DNA from: an uncultured Bacillota bacterium
GTDB lineage: Bacteria; Bacillota; Clostridia; Christensenellales; UBA1242
DNA length: 64,000 nt
Assembly (NCBI GenBank): GCA_949283975.1
Contig: CASDUK010000001.1
Span: forward strand, 26,764-90,763
Reading direction: 5' to 3'
The notes under the pieces were generated by a model. The model was not told where the DNA came from, did no database searches, and saw only the letters and a list, made by a program, of their open reading frames with translations. The translations under genes were made by a program, and so were the position numbers. This document shows positions 36,260 to 45,801 of the stretch, in pieces (within the stretch, counting starts at the first letter, position 1; each line of letters begins with the position of its first letter).

Positions 36260-37360
36260 ATGTATCAGGCGCTTTACAGAAAATATCGCCCAACAACTTT
36301 CGATGAGGTTGTTGGCCAAAAACACATAACAAAAACGCTTTCAAACCAGGTTAAGAAGGGCGAAATTTCCCATGCATATCTCTTTTCGGGAACAAGGGGA
36401 ACGGGGAAAACAAGCATTGCAAGAATTTTTGCGCGCGCAATAAACTGCCTTTCGCCGGTTGATGGCTCGCCATGCTATAAGTGTGAAGTTTGCAAAGCTC
36501 TTTCAGAGCAAAATTGCATGGACATTTTGGAAATTGACGCAGCCTCCAATAACAGAGTTGACGAAGTTAGAGAAATTAGAGAAAAGGTTAAGTTTCTTCC
36601 AACAAATGGAAAGTTTAAGGTTTATATCATAGACGAAGTTCACATGCTTACCGACAGCGCCTTCAACGCTCTTTTAAAAACGCTTGAAGAGCCGCCTTCC
36701 CACGTTGTTTTTATTCTTGGAACAACTGAGCCACACAAACTTCCACAAACAATTCTTTCAAGATGTTTAAGGTTTGATTTTAAACTTATTTCTCCAACAG
36801 AGTTAAAACAGCATTTAATTTCAATTTTTAACAAAGAAAACATAAACTATGAGGATTTGGCGGTTGATTTAATTGTTTCTGCCGCCCAGGGAAGCGTTAG
36901 AGACATGCTTTCAATTGCAGATGCTGTCGTTTCGCTTGGGGGAGGCGTTGCAAGTTATTTAAACGCGCTCAGCATTCTTGGCGCAACAAACCAGGAAAAA
37001 CTTTTTGCGTTTGCAGACCAAATTTTATCTGGAAATTTAGGCGGCGCATTTGAGGTTGTTGACGAAGCAATTAAAGGCGGAATTAACATCTCTGTTTTTG
37101 CAAAAGATTTAACAGTTCATTTTAGAAATCTTCTTGTTGCAAAAACATGTGAAAACTGTGAAGGAATTTTAAACCTTCCTGCCGATGTTGTTCAAAAGAT
37201 GAAAGATCAGGCGAAAGATGTAAGCGAAGAAGAGCTTATGTTTTTGATGAGAAATTTTAGCGAAATTGAACCAGAATTAAAATATTCTTTAAGTCCAAGA
37301 ACGCTTGTTGAAGTTGCTTGCGTTAAGGCAATTTCCGGCGAAGGCTCAAAAAAAAACTAA
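36260..37360 (+). CDS. dnaX: DNA polymerase III gamma/tau subunit, domains I-III (zero-frame product ends right after an A9 run)
   Basis: MYQALYRKYRPTTFDEVVGQ...GTRGTGKTS...Cys cluster. Stop TAA at 37358. Confidence 0.9.
   Translation: MYQALYRKYRPTTFDEVVGQKHITKTLSNQVKKGEISHAYLFSGTRGTGKTSIARIFARAINCLSPVDGSPCYKCEVCKALSEQNCMDILEIDAASNNRVDEVREIREKVKFLPTNGKFKVYIIDEVHMLTDSAFNALLKTLEEPPSHVVFILGTTEPHKLPQTILSRCLRFDFKLISPTELKQHLISIFNKENINYEDLAVDLIVSAAQGSVRDMLSIADAVVSLGGGVASYLNALSILGATNQEKLFAFADQILSGNLGGAFEVVDEAIKGGINISVFAKDLTVHFRNLLVAKTCENCEGILNLPADVVQKMKDQAKDVSEEELMFLMRNFSEIEPELKYSLSPRTLVEVACVKAISGEGSKKN
37348..37356 (+). promoter_or_regulatory. A9 slippery run (A_AAA_AAA) at the dnaX zero-frame terminus
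   Basis: GGC TCA AAA AAA AAC TAA. The -1 frame is open from 37327 through to 37689. Confidence 0.6.
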
Positions 37361-37374
37361 AAATTAAGGAAAAT

Positions 37375-37689
37375 TTGCCTCAACCAAAGCAAATTTGGGG
37401 AAAACTTTTAACAAGGCTTAGAGAAAGCGGAGAGGCGGCGCTTTTTGTTTCTTGCGGGGAAATTTTAGATGTTGCCCTTGAGGAAGGAGCGCTTGTTGCC
37501 AGGACAGACAAGGAATATATCTCAGATTTAATATCAACAAATGAAAACATTTTAACAATTAAACGCGCGCTAAGGTTTTTGGGTTTTAATTTAGATTTTA
37601 AAGTTGTTAAAACAGCTTCAAAAGATGCAGACGAAATTTCAGACATAAACTTTTTAAAGGAAAAATTTGATAATTTAATTGTTGAATAG
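37375..37689 (+). CDS. dnaX: DnaX (tau) C-terminal domain segment, in -1 frame relative to dnaX
   Basis: 104 aa, (M)PQPKQIWGKLLTRLRESGEAALFVSCGEI... This resembles the C-terminal domain of Firmicute DnaX. It also has its own SD-like aagga 5 nt before the TTG. Confidence 0.6.
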   Translation: MPQPKQIWGKLLTRLRESGEAALFVSCGEILDVALEEGALVARTDKEYISDLISTNENILTIKRALRFLGFNLDFKVVKTASKDADEISDINFLKEKFDNLIVE

Positions 37690-37749
37690 AAAATTTGTTG
37701 AAAAAAATTAAACATTATGTTAAATTTAATTTGATTAAAGGAGGCTTTT

Positions 37750-38082
37750 ATGGGCGGATATAGAAATTTTGGCGGAGGCTTTGGCGGCGGCTTTAACATG
37801 CAACAACTTATGAAACAGGCGCAAAAGATGCAAGAAGACATGGAAAAAGCAAAGCAGGAACTAAATGAAACAAGGTTTTCTGCTAAAGCTGGCGGCGGAA
37901 TGGTTGAGGCTGTTTTAACGGGAGACAAAAAAATTGTTTCTCTAACAATAAAAAAAGAAATTGTTGATCCCGATGATGTTGAAATGCTTCAAGATTTGGT
38001 TATTGCCGCGGTTAACGACTGTGTTAGTCAAATTGAAAAAGTTGAAAAGGAAAATGGGCCGGGCGCTCTTGGGCTTATGTAA
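37750..38082 (+). CDS. ybaB: nucleoid-associated protein YbaB/EbfC
   Basis: 110 aa with MQQLMKQAQKMQEDMEKAKQEL. Conserved dnaX-ybaB-recR order. Confidence 0.9.
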   Translation: MGGYRNFGGGFGGGFNMQQLMKQAQKMQEDMEKAKQELNETRFSAKAGGGMVEAVLTGDKKIVSLTIKKEIVDPDDVEMLQDLVIAAVNDCVSQIEKVEKENGPGALGLM

Positions 38083-38084
38083 AT

Positions 38085-38675
38085 ATGAATCAAATTAAAG
38101 CTTTGGAAAACCTTGTTGGATATTTTAGGGCTCTTCCAGGCGTTGGCCTAAAAACAGCCCAGAGGTATGCATATAAAATAATTAACTCCGAAAGTTCGTT
38201 TGCGGAGGGCTTTTCCAGCGCAATTTTAGATGCAAAGAAGAAAATTGGCTATTGCAAAGAGTGTGGGAATTTTACGGACAGGGAAGTTTGTGAAATTTGC
38301 AGTGAAAGAAACCCAAAAGTTATCTGTGTTGTTAAAGAACCAAAGGATGTTGTTGCAATTGAAAAGGCAAAAATTTTTAATGGTGTTTATCATGTTCTCC
38401 ATGGAACGATAAGCCCGCTTGAAAACAGAGGGCCAAACGACATTAGAATTAAGGAGCTTTTGGAAAGAATTTCAAAATTCCAAACCCAAGAGGTTATCAT
38501 GGCAACAAATCCCGATGTTGAGGGCGATGCAACTGCGCTTTATATTGCAAAACTTTTAAAACCGCTTGGTGTTAAGGTAACAAGGCTTGCTCAGGGCGTT
38601 TCAATGGGAAGCGAACTTGAATATGCAGACGAGGTAACGCTTGCCAGAGCAATTGAGGCAAGAAGAGAAATTTAG
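38085..38675 (+). CDS. recR: recombination protein RecR
   Basis: 196 aa with a zinc finger (CKECGNFTDREVCEIC) and a Toprim region. Confidence 0.92.
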   Translation: MNQIKALENLVGYFRALPGVGLKTAQRYAYKIINSESSFAEGFSSAILDAKKKIGYCKECGNFTDREVCEICSERNPKVICVVKEPKDVVAIEKAKIFNGVYHVLHGTISPLENRGPNDIRIKELLERISKFQTQEVIMATNPDVEGDATALYIAKLLKPLGVKVTRLAQGVSMGSELEYADEVTLARAIEARREI

Positions 38676-38685
38676 GGAACATATT

Positions 38686-40404
38686 ATGAAATTTTTGGAA
38701 GAAATTGAAAAGGTTTTAGAGGATGAAATTAAAAAACTTGACAGCAAGGCCGAAGTTGGCCTTTCTTTTTCCGACAGACCCGAACTTTCACATTTTCAAT
38801 CCAATGTTTGTTTTTCGCTTGCAAAAACGCTTAAAAGAGCGCCGCTTTCAATTGCAGAGGAAATTTCAAGCAAGATAGAAAGCCAGAAGTTTGAAGTTTT
38901 TGCCGTTGCACCTGGGTTTTTAAATGTTAAGTTAAAAAAGCAATATTTTTCAGAGATTTTTGAGAAATTTTTTAATGATAAACGGCTTGGAATTGAAAAA
39001 TCAAAAAGAAAAAAAGTTGTGTTTGACTATGGCGGCCCAAACATTGCAAAACCTCTTCATGTTGGCCATTTGCGAAGCGCAGTTATTGGCGAAACAATTA
39101 AAAGGCTTTCAAAGTTTATGGGGGACGAAGTTGTTTCCGATGTCCACCTTGGAGATTATGGCCTTCAAATGGGGCTTACAATTGCCCAAATTATGGACGA
39201 GATGGATTGCAGCTATTATTTCACAGGAAAGGGCAAAAAACTTGTTTTTACGGCCAATGAACTAGAAAAGTTCTATCCAAAAGCCGCGGCAAAGGCAAAG
39301 GAAGATGAAGACTTTAAAAAGCGCGCCCAAATGATTACAGTTAAACTTCAAAAAGGCGAGAGGGGCTATTTTGACATCTGGAAGGAAATTACAAAAATTT
39401 CTGTTGAAGATGTTAGAAAGGTTTATAAAACACTAAATGTCAGTTTTGACAAATGGTATGGAGAGAGCGACAGCCAGAAGTTTGTTCCAAAAGTTTTTGA
39501 AATTTTAAACGACAAAGGCCTAATTGAAAAAAGCAACGGAGCAGAGATTGTTAACGTTTCCGAGGAGACAGACGACAGCCCCATGCCGCCAGTTATCGTT
39601 AAAAGCAGCGCTGGGGCAGAGCTTTATGCAACAACCGAGCTTGCAACAATTGTTTCAAGGCTTGAGGAATTTGCGCCAGACGAAATTTGGTATTTAACAG
39701 ACAACAGGCAAGCGCTTCACTTCAAACAAGTTTTTAGAGTTTGCAAAAGAGCAAAAATTGGCGAAAATGTTAAATTTTTGCATTTTGGCTTTGGAACAGT
39801 AAATGGCTCAGACGGAAAACCCTTTAAAACGCGCGAAGGCGCAGCAATGAAACTAATTGATTTAATTGAAATTGTTAAAGAGGCTTGCAAGAAAAAGATT
39901 TTAGAAAGTGGAAAACTTTCGGAAAATGATGACATCAACGCTCTTGCAACAGCAATTGGCGTTTCCGCTTTAAAATTCGGGGATTTAATAAATTTTCCGC
40001 CGAAGGACTATGTTTTTGACCTTGAAAAATTTTGTAGTTTCGAAGGGAAAACTGGGCCATACATGCTTTATTCAATTGTTCGAATTAATTCAATTTTAAA
40101 TAAGGCAGGAAACTTTGAGCCATGTTTTGAAGTTGAAACAGACTTTGAAAAAGAAATTTTAATTTCGCTTTTAAAGTTTAAAGAAGATGTTGTCTTGGCG
40201 GCAAAAAACCACGCACCAAACATTTTTGTTCAAAGCGCATACAACCTTGCTTGTTCGTTTAGCGCGCTTTACACTTCAACAAAAATTTTAACCGAAACGA
40301 ACGAAAAAAGAAAGGCCTCTCTTCTATCTTTAATTAAAGTTGTTGGCCGTGCGCTTGAAATTTTTGCAAATCTTTTGGCAATTGATGTCCCCCAAAAAAT
40401 GTAA
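38686..40404 (+). CDS. argS: arginine--tRNA ligase
   Basis: I start at MKFLEEIEKV. Contains the HIGH-type motif PNIAKPLHVGHLRS. Confidence 0.85.
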   Translation: MKFLEEIEKVLEDEIKKLDSKAEVGLSFSDRPELSHFQSNVCFSLAKTLKRAPLSIAEEISSKIESQKFEVFAVAPGFLNVKLKKQYFSEIFEKFFNDKRLGIEKSKRKKVVFDYGGPNIAKPLHVGHLRSAVIGETIKRLSKFMGDEVVSDVHLGDYGLQMGLTIAQIMDEMDCSYYFTGKGKKLVFTANELEKFYPKAAAKAKEDEDFKKRAQMITVKLQKGERGYFDIWKEITKISVEDVRKVYKTLNVSFDKWYGESDSQKFVPKVFEILNDKGLIEKSNGAEIVNVSEETDDSPMPPVIVKSSAGAELYATTELATIVSRLEEFAPDEIWYLTDNRQALHFKQVFRVCKRAKIGENVKFLHFGFGTVNGSDGKPFKTREGAAMKLIDLIEIVKEACKKKILESGKLSENDDINALATAIGVSALKFGDLINFPPKDYVFDLEKFCSFEGKTGPYMLYSIVRINSILNKAGNFEPCFEVETDFEKEILISLLKFKEDVVLAAKNHAPNIFVQSAYNLACSFSALYTSTKILTETNEKRKASLLSLIKVVGRALEIFANLLAIDVPQKM

Positions 40405-40448
40405 AAAAAATTCTACATTTTTTGATAAAAAAATTTTTAAAAAAACTA

Positions 40449-40477
40449 TTTACAAAAGTAAAATTGTGTGTTATTAT
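40449..40477 (+). promoter_or_regulatory. sigma-A type promoter for the 86-aa protein gene
   Basis: TTTACA, 17-nt spacer, TGtTATTAT. Confidence 0.6.
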
Positions 40478-40501
40478 ATCCACGAGTAATGGAGGAGAAA
40501 C

Positions 40502-40762
40502 ATGAGTTTAGATTACGGATCAAAAAAGGCAAGAAAAGAAGTTAATTCATATCTTAGCGAATTTAGAGGGCTTACTGTGGCAACAATTCAAACTGGGGCA
40601 GGAAAATTTGACGCCAAAAAAATATACGAAGCTTCTGAAGAAAGGATTTCAGGGTTCTTTATTGGAAAGAATGAAGAAAAAGTTAAAGCAGGGCTTGTAA
40701 GGGCGGCAGCGGAATCTTCAAACAACGCAATTGATAACATTTCTAGCAGGGAATTTAATTAA
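40502..40762 (+). CDS. small soluble protein, unknown function (86 aa)
   Basis: SD ggaggag upstream, with its own promoter and terminator. Confidence 0.6.
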   Translation: MSLDYGSKKARKEVNSYLSEFRGLTVATIQTGAGKFDAKKIYEASEERISGFFIGKNEEKVKAGLVRAAAESSNNAIDNISSREFN

Positions 40763-40785
40763 TCCTAAAACATTATAAATTTAAA

Positions 40786-40823
40786 AGGGAACTTGGTAAA
40801 AACTTAAAGTTCTCTTTTATTTT
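40786..40823 (+). terminator. intrinsic terminator
   Basis: agggaactt-(12 nt)-aagttctct hairpin followed by ttttatttt. Confidence 0.6.
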
Positions 40824-41029
40824 AATTTAAAAATAATGAGCAAATGTTACAAAGTTTTGAAACTAGCAAAAAACAGTTGCTTAATTTTTACCGGTGTTTT
40901 TGTGTTAGTTTCAAAAAAAATTAACTAATTTGTCGTTTTTTATTTTAAAAGATTATTTTATTTTAAAATATTGGAATTAATTTTGCCTTTTTAATAAATT
41001 TTGATATATTATTTTTTGGAGGTTTTTTA

Positions 41030-42055
41030 ATGAAAGTTGTAATCGACACGCTTGGCGGAGATTATGCACCAACGGAAATTATAAAGGGCGCGGTTGACGC
41101 CCAAAAAAAACACCAAGATTTAACAATTATTCTTTGCGGAAAGCCCGATGAAATTGAGGGCGTTTTAAAAACGCTTAAATATGACAAGGCCAGAACAGAA
41201 ATTGTTTCCGCGCCAGACGAAATTACAAATGACGAAGTTCCAACAGTTGCAATTAAGGAAAAGAAAAATTCTTCGCTTGCCGTTGCCTTTGACATTTTAA
41301 GAAAAGATGAAGATGTTGTTGGCCTTGTTTCTGCCGGAAGCACGGGGGCAATTTTGGCCGGAGGATTTTTAAAAATTGGAAGAATTAAGGGCGTTTCGCG
41401 CCCTGCGCTTTGCCCATTTTTGCCAACGAAAACCGGCGGCTATGTTCTTGTTGCAGACTGCGGCGCAAACATGAATTGCAAGCCAATCAACTTGGCCCAT
41501 TTTGCGCTTATGGCAAATGAATATTACAAGGAGAGGTTTGGAAGCAAAAACCCAAGGGTTGCGCTTTTAAATGTTGGAACAGAGGCTCACAAAGGCGATG
41601 AGCTTTGCCACGATGTCTATCCAATTTTGGAAAGTTTGGGGTTAAACTTTGTTGGGAACATGGAAGCGCGGGACATCATGAGCGGAAAGTATGACGTTGT
41701 TATTGCGGACGGCTTTGCCGGGAACATTTTGTTAAAATCAACAGAAGGCGCTTTAAAACTTATGATGGGCGAAATTAAAAAGGCAATTAAATCAAGGTTT
41801 TTTGCAAAGCTTGGTTCTGTTTTTCTTCTTGGCGCGTTTAAGGGGCTTAAGAAAAAGTTTGATTTCAATTCCTATGGCGGAAGCCCGTTTTTGGGCTGTA
41901 AGAAACTAATTATCAAATCCCATGGATCTTCAAAGGCAAAGGCAATTGAAGTTTCAATTGATGAGATTATTACGCTTAAAAACAGAAATTTAAACGAGAG
42001 AATTGAACAGGCTATTGCAAACGCCAAAATTGACGCAGGCGAAGCCAAAATTTAA
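41030..42055 (+). CDS. plsX: phosphate acyltransferase PlsX
   Basis: 341 aa, MKVVIDTLGGDYAP...SAGSTGA. SD ggagg upstream. Confidence 0.9.
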   Translation: MKVVIDTLGGDYAPTEIIKGAVDAQKKHQDLTIILCGKPDEIEGVLKTLKYDKARTEIVSAPDEITNDEVPTVAIKEKKNSSLAVAFDILRKDEDVVGLVSAGSTGAILAGGFLKIGRIKGVSRPALCPFLPTKTGGYVLVADCGANMNCKPINLAHFALMANEYYKERFGSKNPRVALLNVGTEAHKGDELCHDVYPILESLGLNFVGNMEARDIMSGKYDVVIADGFAGNILLKSTEGALKLMMGEIKKAIKSRFFAKLGSVFLLGAFKGLKKKFDFNSYGGSPFLGCKKLIIKSHGSSKAKAIEVSIDEIITLKNRNLNERIEQAIANAKIDAGEAKI

Positions 42056-42093
42056 TCTTTTGCTTGCAATATAAATTGGTTTGTGATAAAATA

Positions 42094-42129
42094 AAATTTG
42101 CAGAGTAATTTGCAAATTTTTATTTTTTT
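42094..42129 (+). terminator. intrinsic terminator after plsX
   Basis: aaatttgca-(8 nt)-tgcaaattt hairpin followed by a T-rich run. Confidence 0.7.
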
Positions 42130-42155
42130 AATCAAATTGCGCTAAGGAATTATTA

Positions 42156-45100
42156 ATGAACTTTAAACAACTTGAACTTGCAGGATTTAAATCTTTTGCA
42201 GACAGAATTCAAATTAAATTTGACGATGGCGTAACGGCAATTGTTGGGCCAAACGGCTGCGGAAAGAGCAATGTTGCAGATGCAATTAGATGGGTTTTGG
42301 GAGAGCAAAGCAGCAAAACTTTGCGCGGCTCTTCCATGCAAGATGTTATCTTTAGCGGAACTGAAAAGAGAAAAAGCCTTTCCTATTGCGAAGTTACAAT
42401 GACGTTTGACAATTCCGACCGTTTTTTTAACTATGAATTTGACGAAATTGCAATTACAAGAAAGCTTTACAGAAGCGGCGAAAGCGAATATCTTTTAAAC
42501 AAAGCGCCTTGCCGCCTTAAAGACATAACAAACCTTCTCTATGATTCTGGCCTTGGAAAGGACGGCTATTCAATTATTGGCCAAGACCAGGTTGGAAAAA
42601 TTCTTTCCTCAAAGCCGGAGGATAGGCGCTCAATTTTCGAAGACGCTGCGGGAATTTCAAAATATAAATCCAGAAAGGTTGACGCTGAAAGGAAACTTGA
42701 GCGAACGAAGGACAATATTTTAAAACTCCAGCTTGTTATAGACGAAATTGAAAGGCAGCTTGGGCCGTTAAAAAAGCAGGCAGATGATGCAAAAAAATTC
42801 TTGGAACTTAAAGAAATTTTAAAGAATTTGGAAGTTAATGCATACATATATCAATTTGAAAATGCAAACGAAGTTAAGGCAAAAATTTCAAACAAGTTAA
42901 ACGCAATTTCCGAGGAACTTGAACTTAGGCAAGCAGAGCTTGAAGAAGTTAGCCAAAGCTATTCAAACAACATGGAAAGCATTGAAACAATTGACAAAAC
43001 AAACGAGCGCCTCCATGAAAGCATTTTAAATTTAACCGTTTCAATTGAAAAACAGGCCGGCGAAACAAACGTTGTTAGAGAAAGAATTAAGTTTTTAAAA
43101 GAGCAAAGCAAAAAGCTTGAGCTAGATTCTTTAAATTTTGACAATTTAATTTCTGCAATAAAGACCCAAATTGAAGACAGGGCTTCCCACCTTTCTCAAA
43201 CCAATGAAAAACTTGGCTTGTTAAAAGCAAATGAGGAAGATCTTTCAAGGCAATATTTAAAAATTGTTGACGAACTTAACCTAAGCGAAGATGAGGCAGA
43301 GAGCTCTCAAAAGGAAATGTTTGATGCGCTTGACAAACTGACATATATCAAATCTAATTCATCTCGCTTAGAGGCGGAAAGAGAAGCTTCTAAAACATCT
43401 CTTTCTGAAATTGAAGAGAGAATTTCTTCGCTAAAAGAAAAATTAAAACAGCAAAGTGAAATTAAAGATAAAATCCAACAGAATTTAGATGGCTTAAATT
43501 CAGAAAACAAAGAGCAACTTGACGTAATTTTGAAAGGAAAACTTGAAATCGGCGCAAAGCAAGATTGTTTTTCTGAGCTTCAAAAAGAAATTCAAAATTG
43601 CGGAACAAAAATTCAAGTTTATGAAAACAGAAAGAGAATTTTGGAGGAGATGCAGGCAGAACACGAAGGCTATGCTGGAAGTGTTAAGAAAATTTTAAAG
43701 GAAAGCGAGAGAAACGAAGAGTTTAGAAAGAGAATGGTTGGCGTTTTGGCTTCCTTAATTTCCGTTCCAGAAAAATTTGAAACGGCAATTGAAACCGCTC
43801 TTGGAAACGCCCTTCAAAACATTGTTACAAAGGACGAACAAGATGCAAAAGCATTAATAGAGTTCTTAAAGCGAGGGCAGTTTGGCCGAGCAACATTCCT
43901 TCCAATTTCTTCAATGAAAACAAGAAGTCTTTCAGAGCAAGACCAAAAGCTTTTAAAAACAGAGGGGTGTTTTGGCGTTGCTAAGGATTTAATTTCCTAT
44001 GGAAAGGAAATTGAAAGCGTAATTTCAAACTTGCTTGGAGCAACGGTTATTGTAAGTAATTTAGATGTTGCAATTAAACTTGCCCAAAGTTCGAAGTTTA
44101 GTTTTAAAATTGTAACCTTGGAGGGTGATGTTATAAACCCGCAAGGGTCAATGACGGGCGGAAGCAAAAAGAGCGAAGCAGTTAACCTAATTAGCCGAGA
44201 CCGCGAAATTAAAACTCTTGGTGCAGAAATTGAAAAATTAAAGCAATTTTTTGACGGAAGCGCGGATAAAATTAAAAATTCAAAGCAAGAAATTGAAAAT
44301 TTAACAAAACAACTTGAATTTTTATCTTCAAAACAAAAGGAGCTTGAGGTTGAAATTGCAAAGGAAAACGAAAAACTTTCTGCCGTTTTGGATTTGATTG
44401 GTTCATATAACCAAGAAATTGAGGCGTTGAACAACTCAAAAATAATCGTTTCTAACAAAATTGAAGTTATAACAAAAGAGCTTGAAAGCATTTCAACGCT
44501 TGAAAAAACTGTTGGAGAAAACAAAGAGGGCGCAAACGAAGCAATTGCAAAAAGGCAGGAAAGGTTTGCAAGTTTAAGAGAAAAGAGAGAAGAAATTAGC
44601 AAAAGCCTAACAGAGCTTAGAGTTGAAATTGCCTCTATTAAAAGCGAAATTATTGGAACAACCCAAGAGCTTGAAAGGTTGGACGGCCAACTTTCAGATT
44701 CGCTTGCCAAAAAGGAAGAAGCCGCGCAAGAGCTTGAAAAAAATGTTTTGGCAATTCAGCAGGCAGAAGAGCTTGTTGCATGGCAAATTGAAAACTCAAC
44801 AAGCTCCGAAACGCGAAACAAACTTGAAAGTTTGAAAGAAGAGCAACGAAAACTTGATGAAAACAAAACAAACTTGCAACGAGAACTTAAAGAACTTGAG
44901 GAAAAGAGAACCTTCTTGGTTGCAGAAGTTAACAAAATTAATGAAAAGAAAATCAACGAAGAGTTCAAAATTACAAAGGTTGACACGGACATTGACACCA
45001 TGCAAGACAGAATTTTGGAAGAATATCAGCTTGACTATGACGCTTGCTTAAAGTTGAGAGTTGAAGACTTTGATCTTTCCAGCGGCCTTAGCGAAATTAC

Positions 45101-45752
45101 AAAAATTAAAAGAGAAATTAACAAACTTGGCTACATAAATGTTGCCGCAATTGAAGATTCCAAAATTTTGGGCGAAAGATATGATGCTTTGGCCGTTCAG
45201 GTTGAAGATTTAAACAAAGCCCAAACGGAACTTGTTGAAATTATTTCAGAGCTTTCAACAGAAATGAAAACAAGGTTCACCGAAGAGTTTAACAAAATTA
45301 ACGAAAACTTTAAGATAACCTTTAGAGAGCTTTTTGGCGGCGGAAATGCAAAACTTGAACTTATTGGAAGCGAAAACATTTTAGAGGCGGGCGTTGAAAT
45401 TTTTGCAGAGCCACCGGGCAAGAAACTAACAAACAATTCGCTTTTAAGCGGAGGAGAAAAGGCGCTTACAGCAATTGCAATTTTGTTTGCAATTTTAAAG
45501 CTCAGGCCAATGCCGTTCTGTTTGTTAGATGAAATTGAGGCGGCGCTTGACGAGGCAAATGTTTACCGTTTTGCGCAATATTTGAGAAGGTTCTCAAAAG
45601 AAACTCAGTTTATTGTTATAACCCACAAGAAGCCAACCATGGAACTTGCAGATTCGCTCTATGGCGTTACAATGGAGGAAAAGGGCGTTTCAAAAATTGT
45701 TTCTGTTAAACTTTCAGACGCGGTTAAATTTGAACAAAAATCTGAAAATTAA
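42156..45752 (+). CDS. smc: chromosome segregation protein SMC
   Basis: 1198 aa with GPNGCGKSN Walker A, long coiled coils, a hinge, and C-terminal LSGGEK...LDEIEAALD. Confidence 0.95.
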   Translation: MNFKQLELAGFKSFADRIQIKFDDGVTAIVGPNGCGKSNVADAIRWVLGEQSSKTLRGSSMQDVIFSGTEKRKSLSYCEVTMTFDNSDRFFNYEFDEIAITRKLYRSGESEYLLNKAPCRLKDITNLLYDSGLGKDGYSIIGQDQVGKILSSKPEDRRSIFEDAAGISKYKSRKVDAERKLERTKDNILKLQLVIDEIERQLGPLKKQADDAKKFLELKEILKNLEVNAYIYQFENANEVKAKISNKLNAISEELELRQAELEEVSQSYSNNMESIETIDKTNERLHESILNLTVSIEKQAGETNVVRERIKFLKEQSKKLELDSLNFDNLISAIKTQIEDRASHLSQTNEKLGLLKANEEDLSRQYLKIVDELNLSEDEAESSQKEMFDALDKLTYIKSNSSRLEAEREASKTSLSEIEERISSLKEKLKQQSEIKDKIQQNLDGLNSENKEQLDVILKGKLEIGAKQDCFSELQKEIQNCGTKIQVYENRKRILEEMQAEHEGYAGSVKKILKESERNEEFRKRMVGVLASLISVPEKFETAIETALGNALQNIVTKDEQDAKALIEFLKRGQFGRATFLPISSMKTRSLSEQDQKLLKTEGCFGVAKDLISYGKEIESVISNLLGATVIVSNLDVAIKLAQSSKFSFKIVTLEGDVINPQGSMTGGSKKSEAVNLISRDREIKTLGAEIEKLKQFFDGSADKIKNSKQEIENLTKQLEFLSSKQKELEVEIAKENEKLSAVLDLIGSYNQEIEALNNSKIIVSNKIEVITKELESISTLEKTVGENKEGANEAIAKRQERFASLREKREEISKSLTELRVEIASIKSEIIGTTQELERLDGQLSDSLAKKEEAAQELEKNVLAIQQAEELVAWQIENSTSSETRNKLESLKEEQRKLDENKTNLQRELKELEEKRTFLVAEVNKINEKKINEEFKITKVDTDIDTMQDRILEEYQLDYDACLKLRVEDFDLSSGLSEITKIKREINKLGYINVAAIEDSKILGERYDALAVQVEDLNKAQTELVEIISELSTEMKTRFTEEFNKINENFKITFRELFGGGNAKLELIGSENILEAGVEIFAEPPGKKLTNNSLLSGGEKALTAIAILFAILKLRPMPFCLLDEIEAALDEANVYRFAQYLRRFSKETQFIVITHKKPTMELADSLYGVTMEEKGVSKIVSVKLSDAVKFEQKSEN

Positions 45753-45781
45753 AAAAATTGCAATTAATTTGCAATTTTTTT
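45751..45781. terminator. bidirectional terminator between smc and rmuC
   Basis: aaattgcaa-ttaat-ttgcaattt hairpin flanked by an A-run and a T-run. Confidence 0.75.
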
Positions 45782-45801
45782 ATAGTTTTAATTAATTATT
45801 T

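Noticed and set aside
37380-37928. 182-aa minus-strand ORF antisense to the dnaX C-terminal segment and ybaB
   Set aside because: It fully overlaps well-supported plus-strand genes, has a low-complexity S/P/K/F composition, and lacks an SD. It is a typical antisense shadow ORF.
43997-44710. 237-aa minus-strand ORF inside smc, and other long antisense or off-frame ORFs (for example 8524..8991, 15034..15546, 14517..14831, 55476..55961)
   Set aside because: They overlap genes with clear homology-type motifs on the other strand or frame, and they have Ser/Phe/Leu-rich shadow composition. I consider them spurious.
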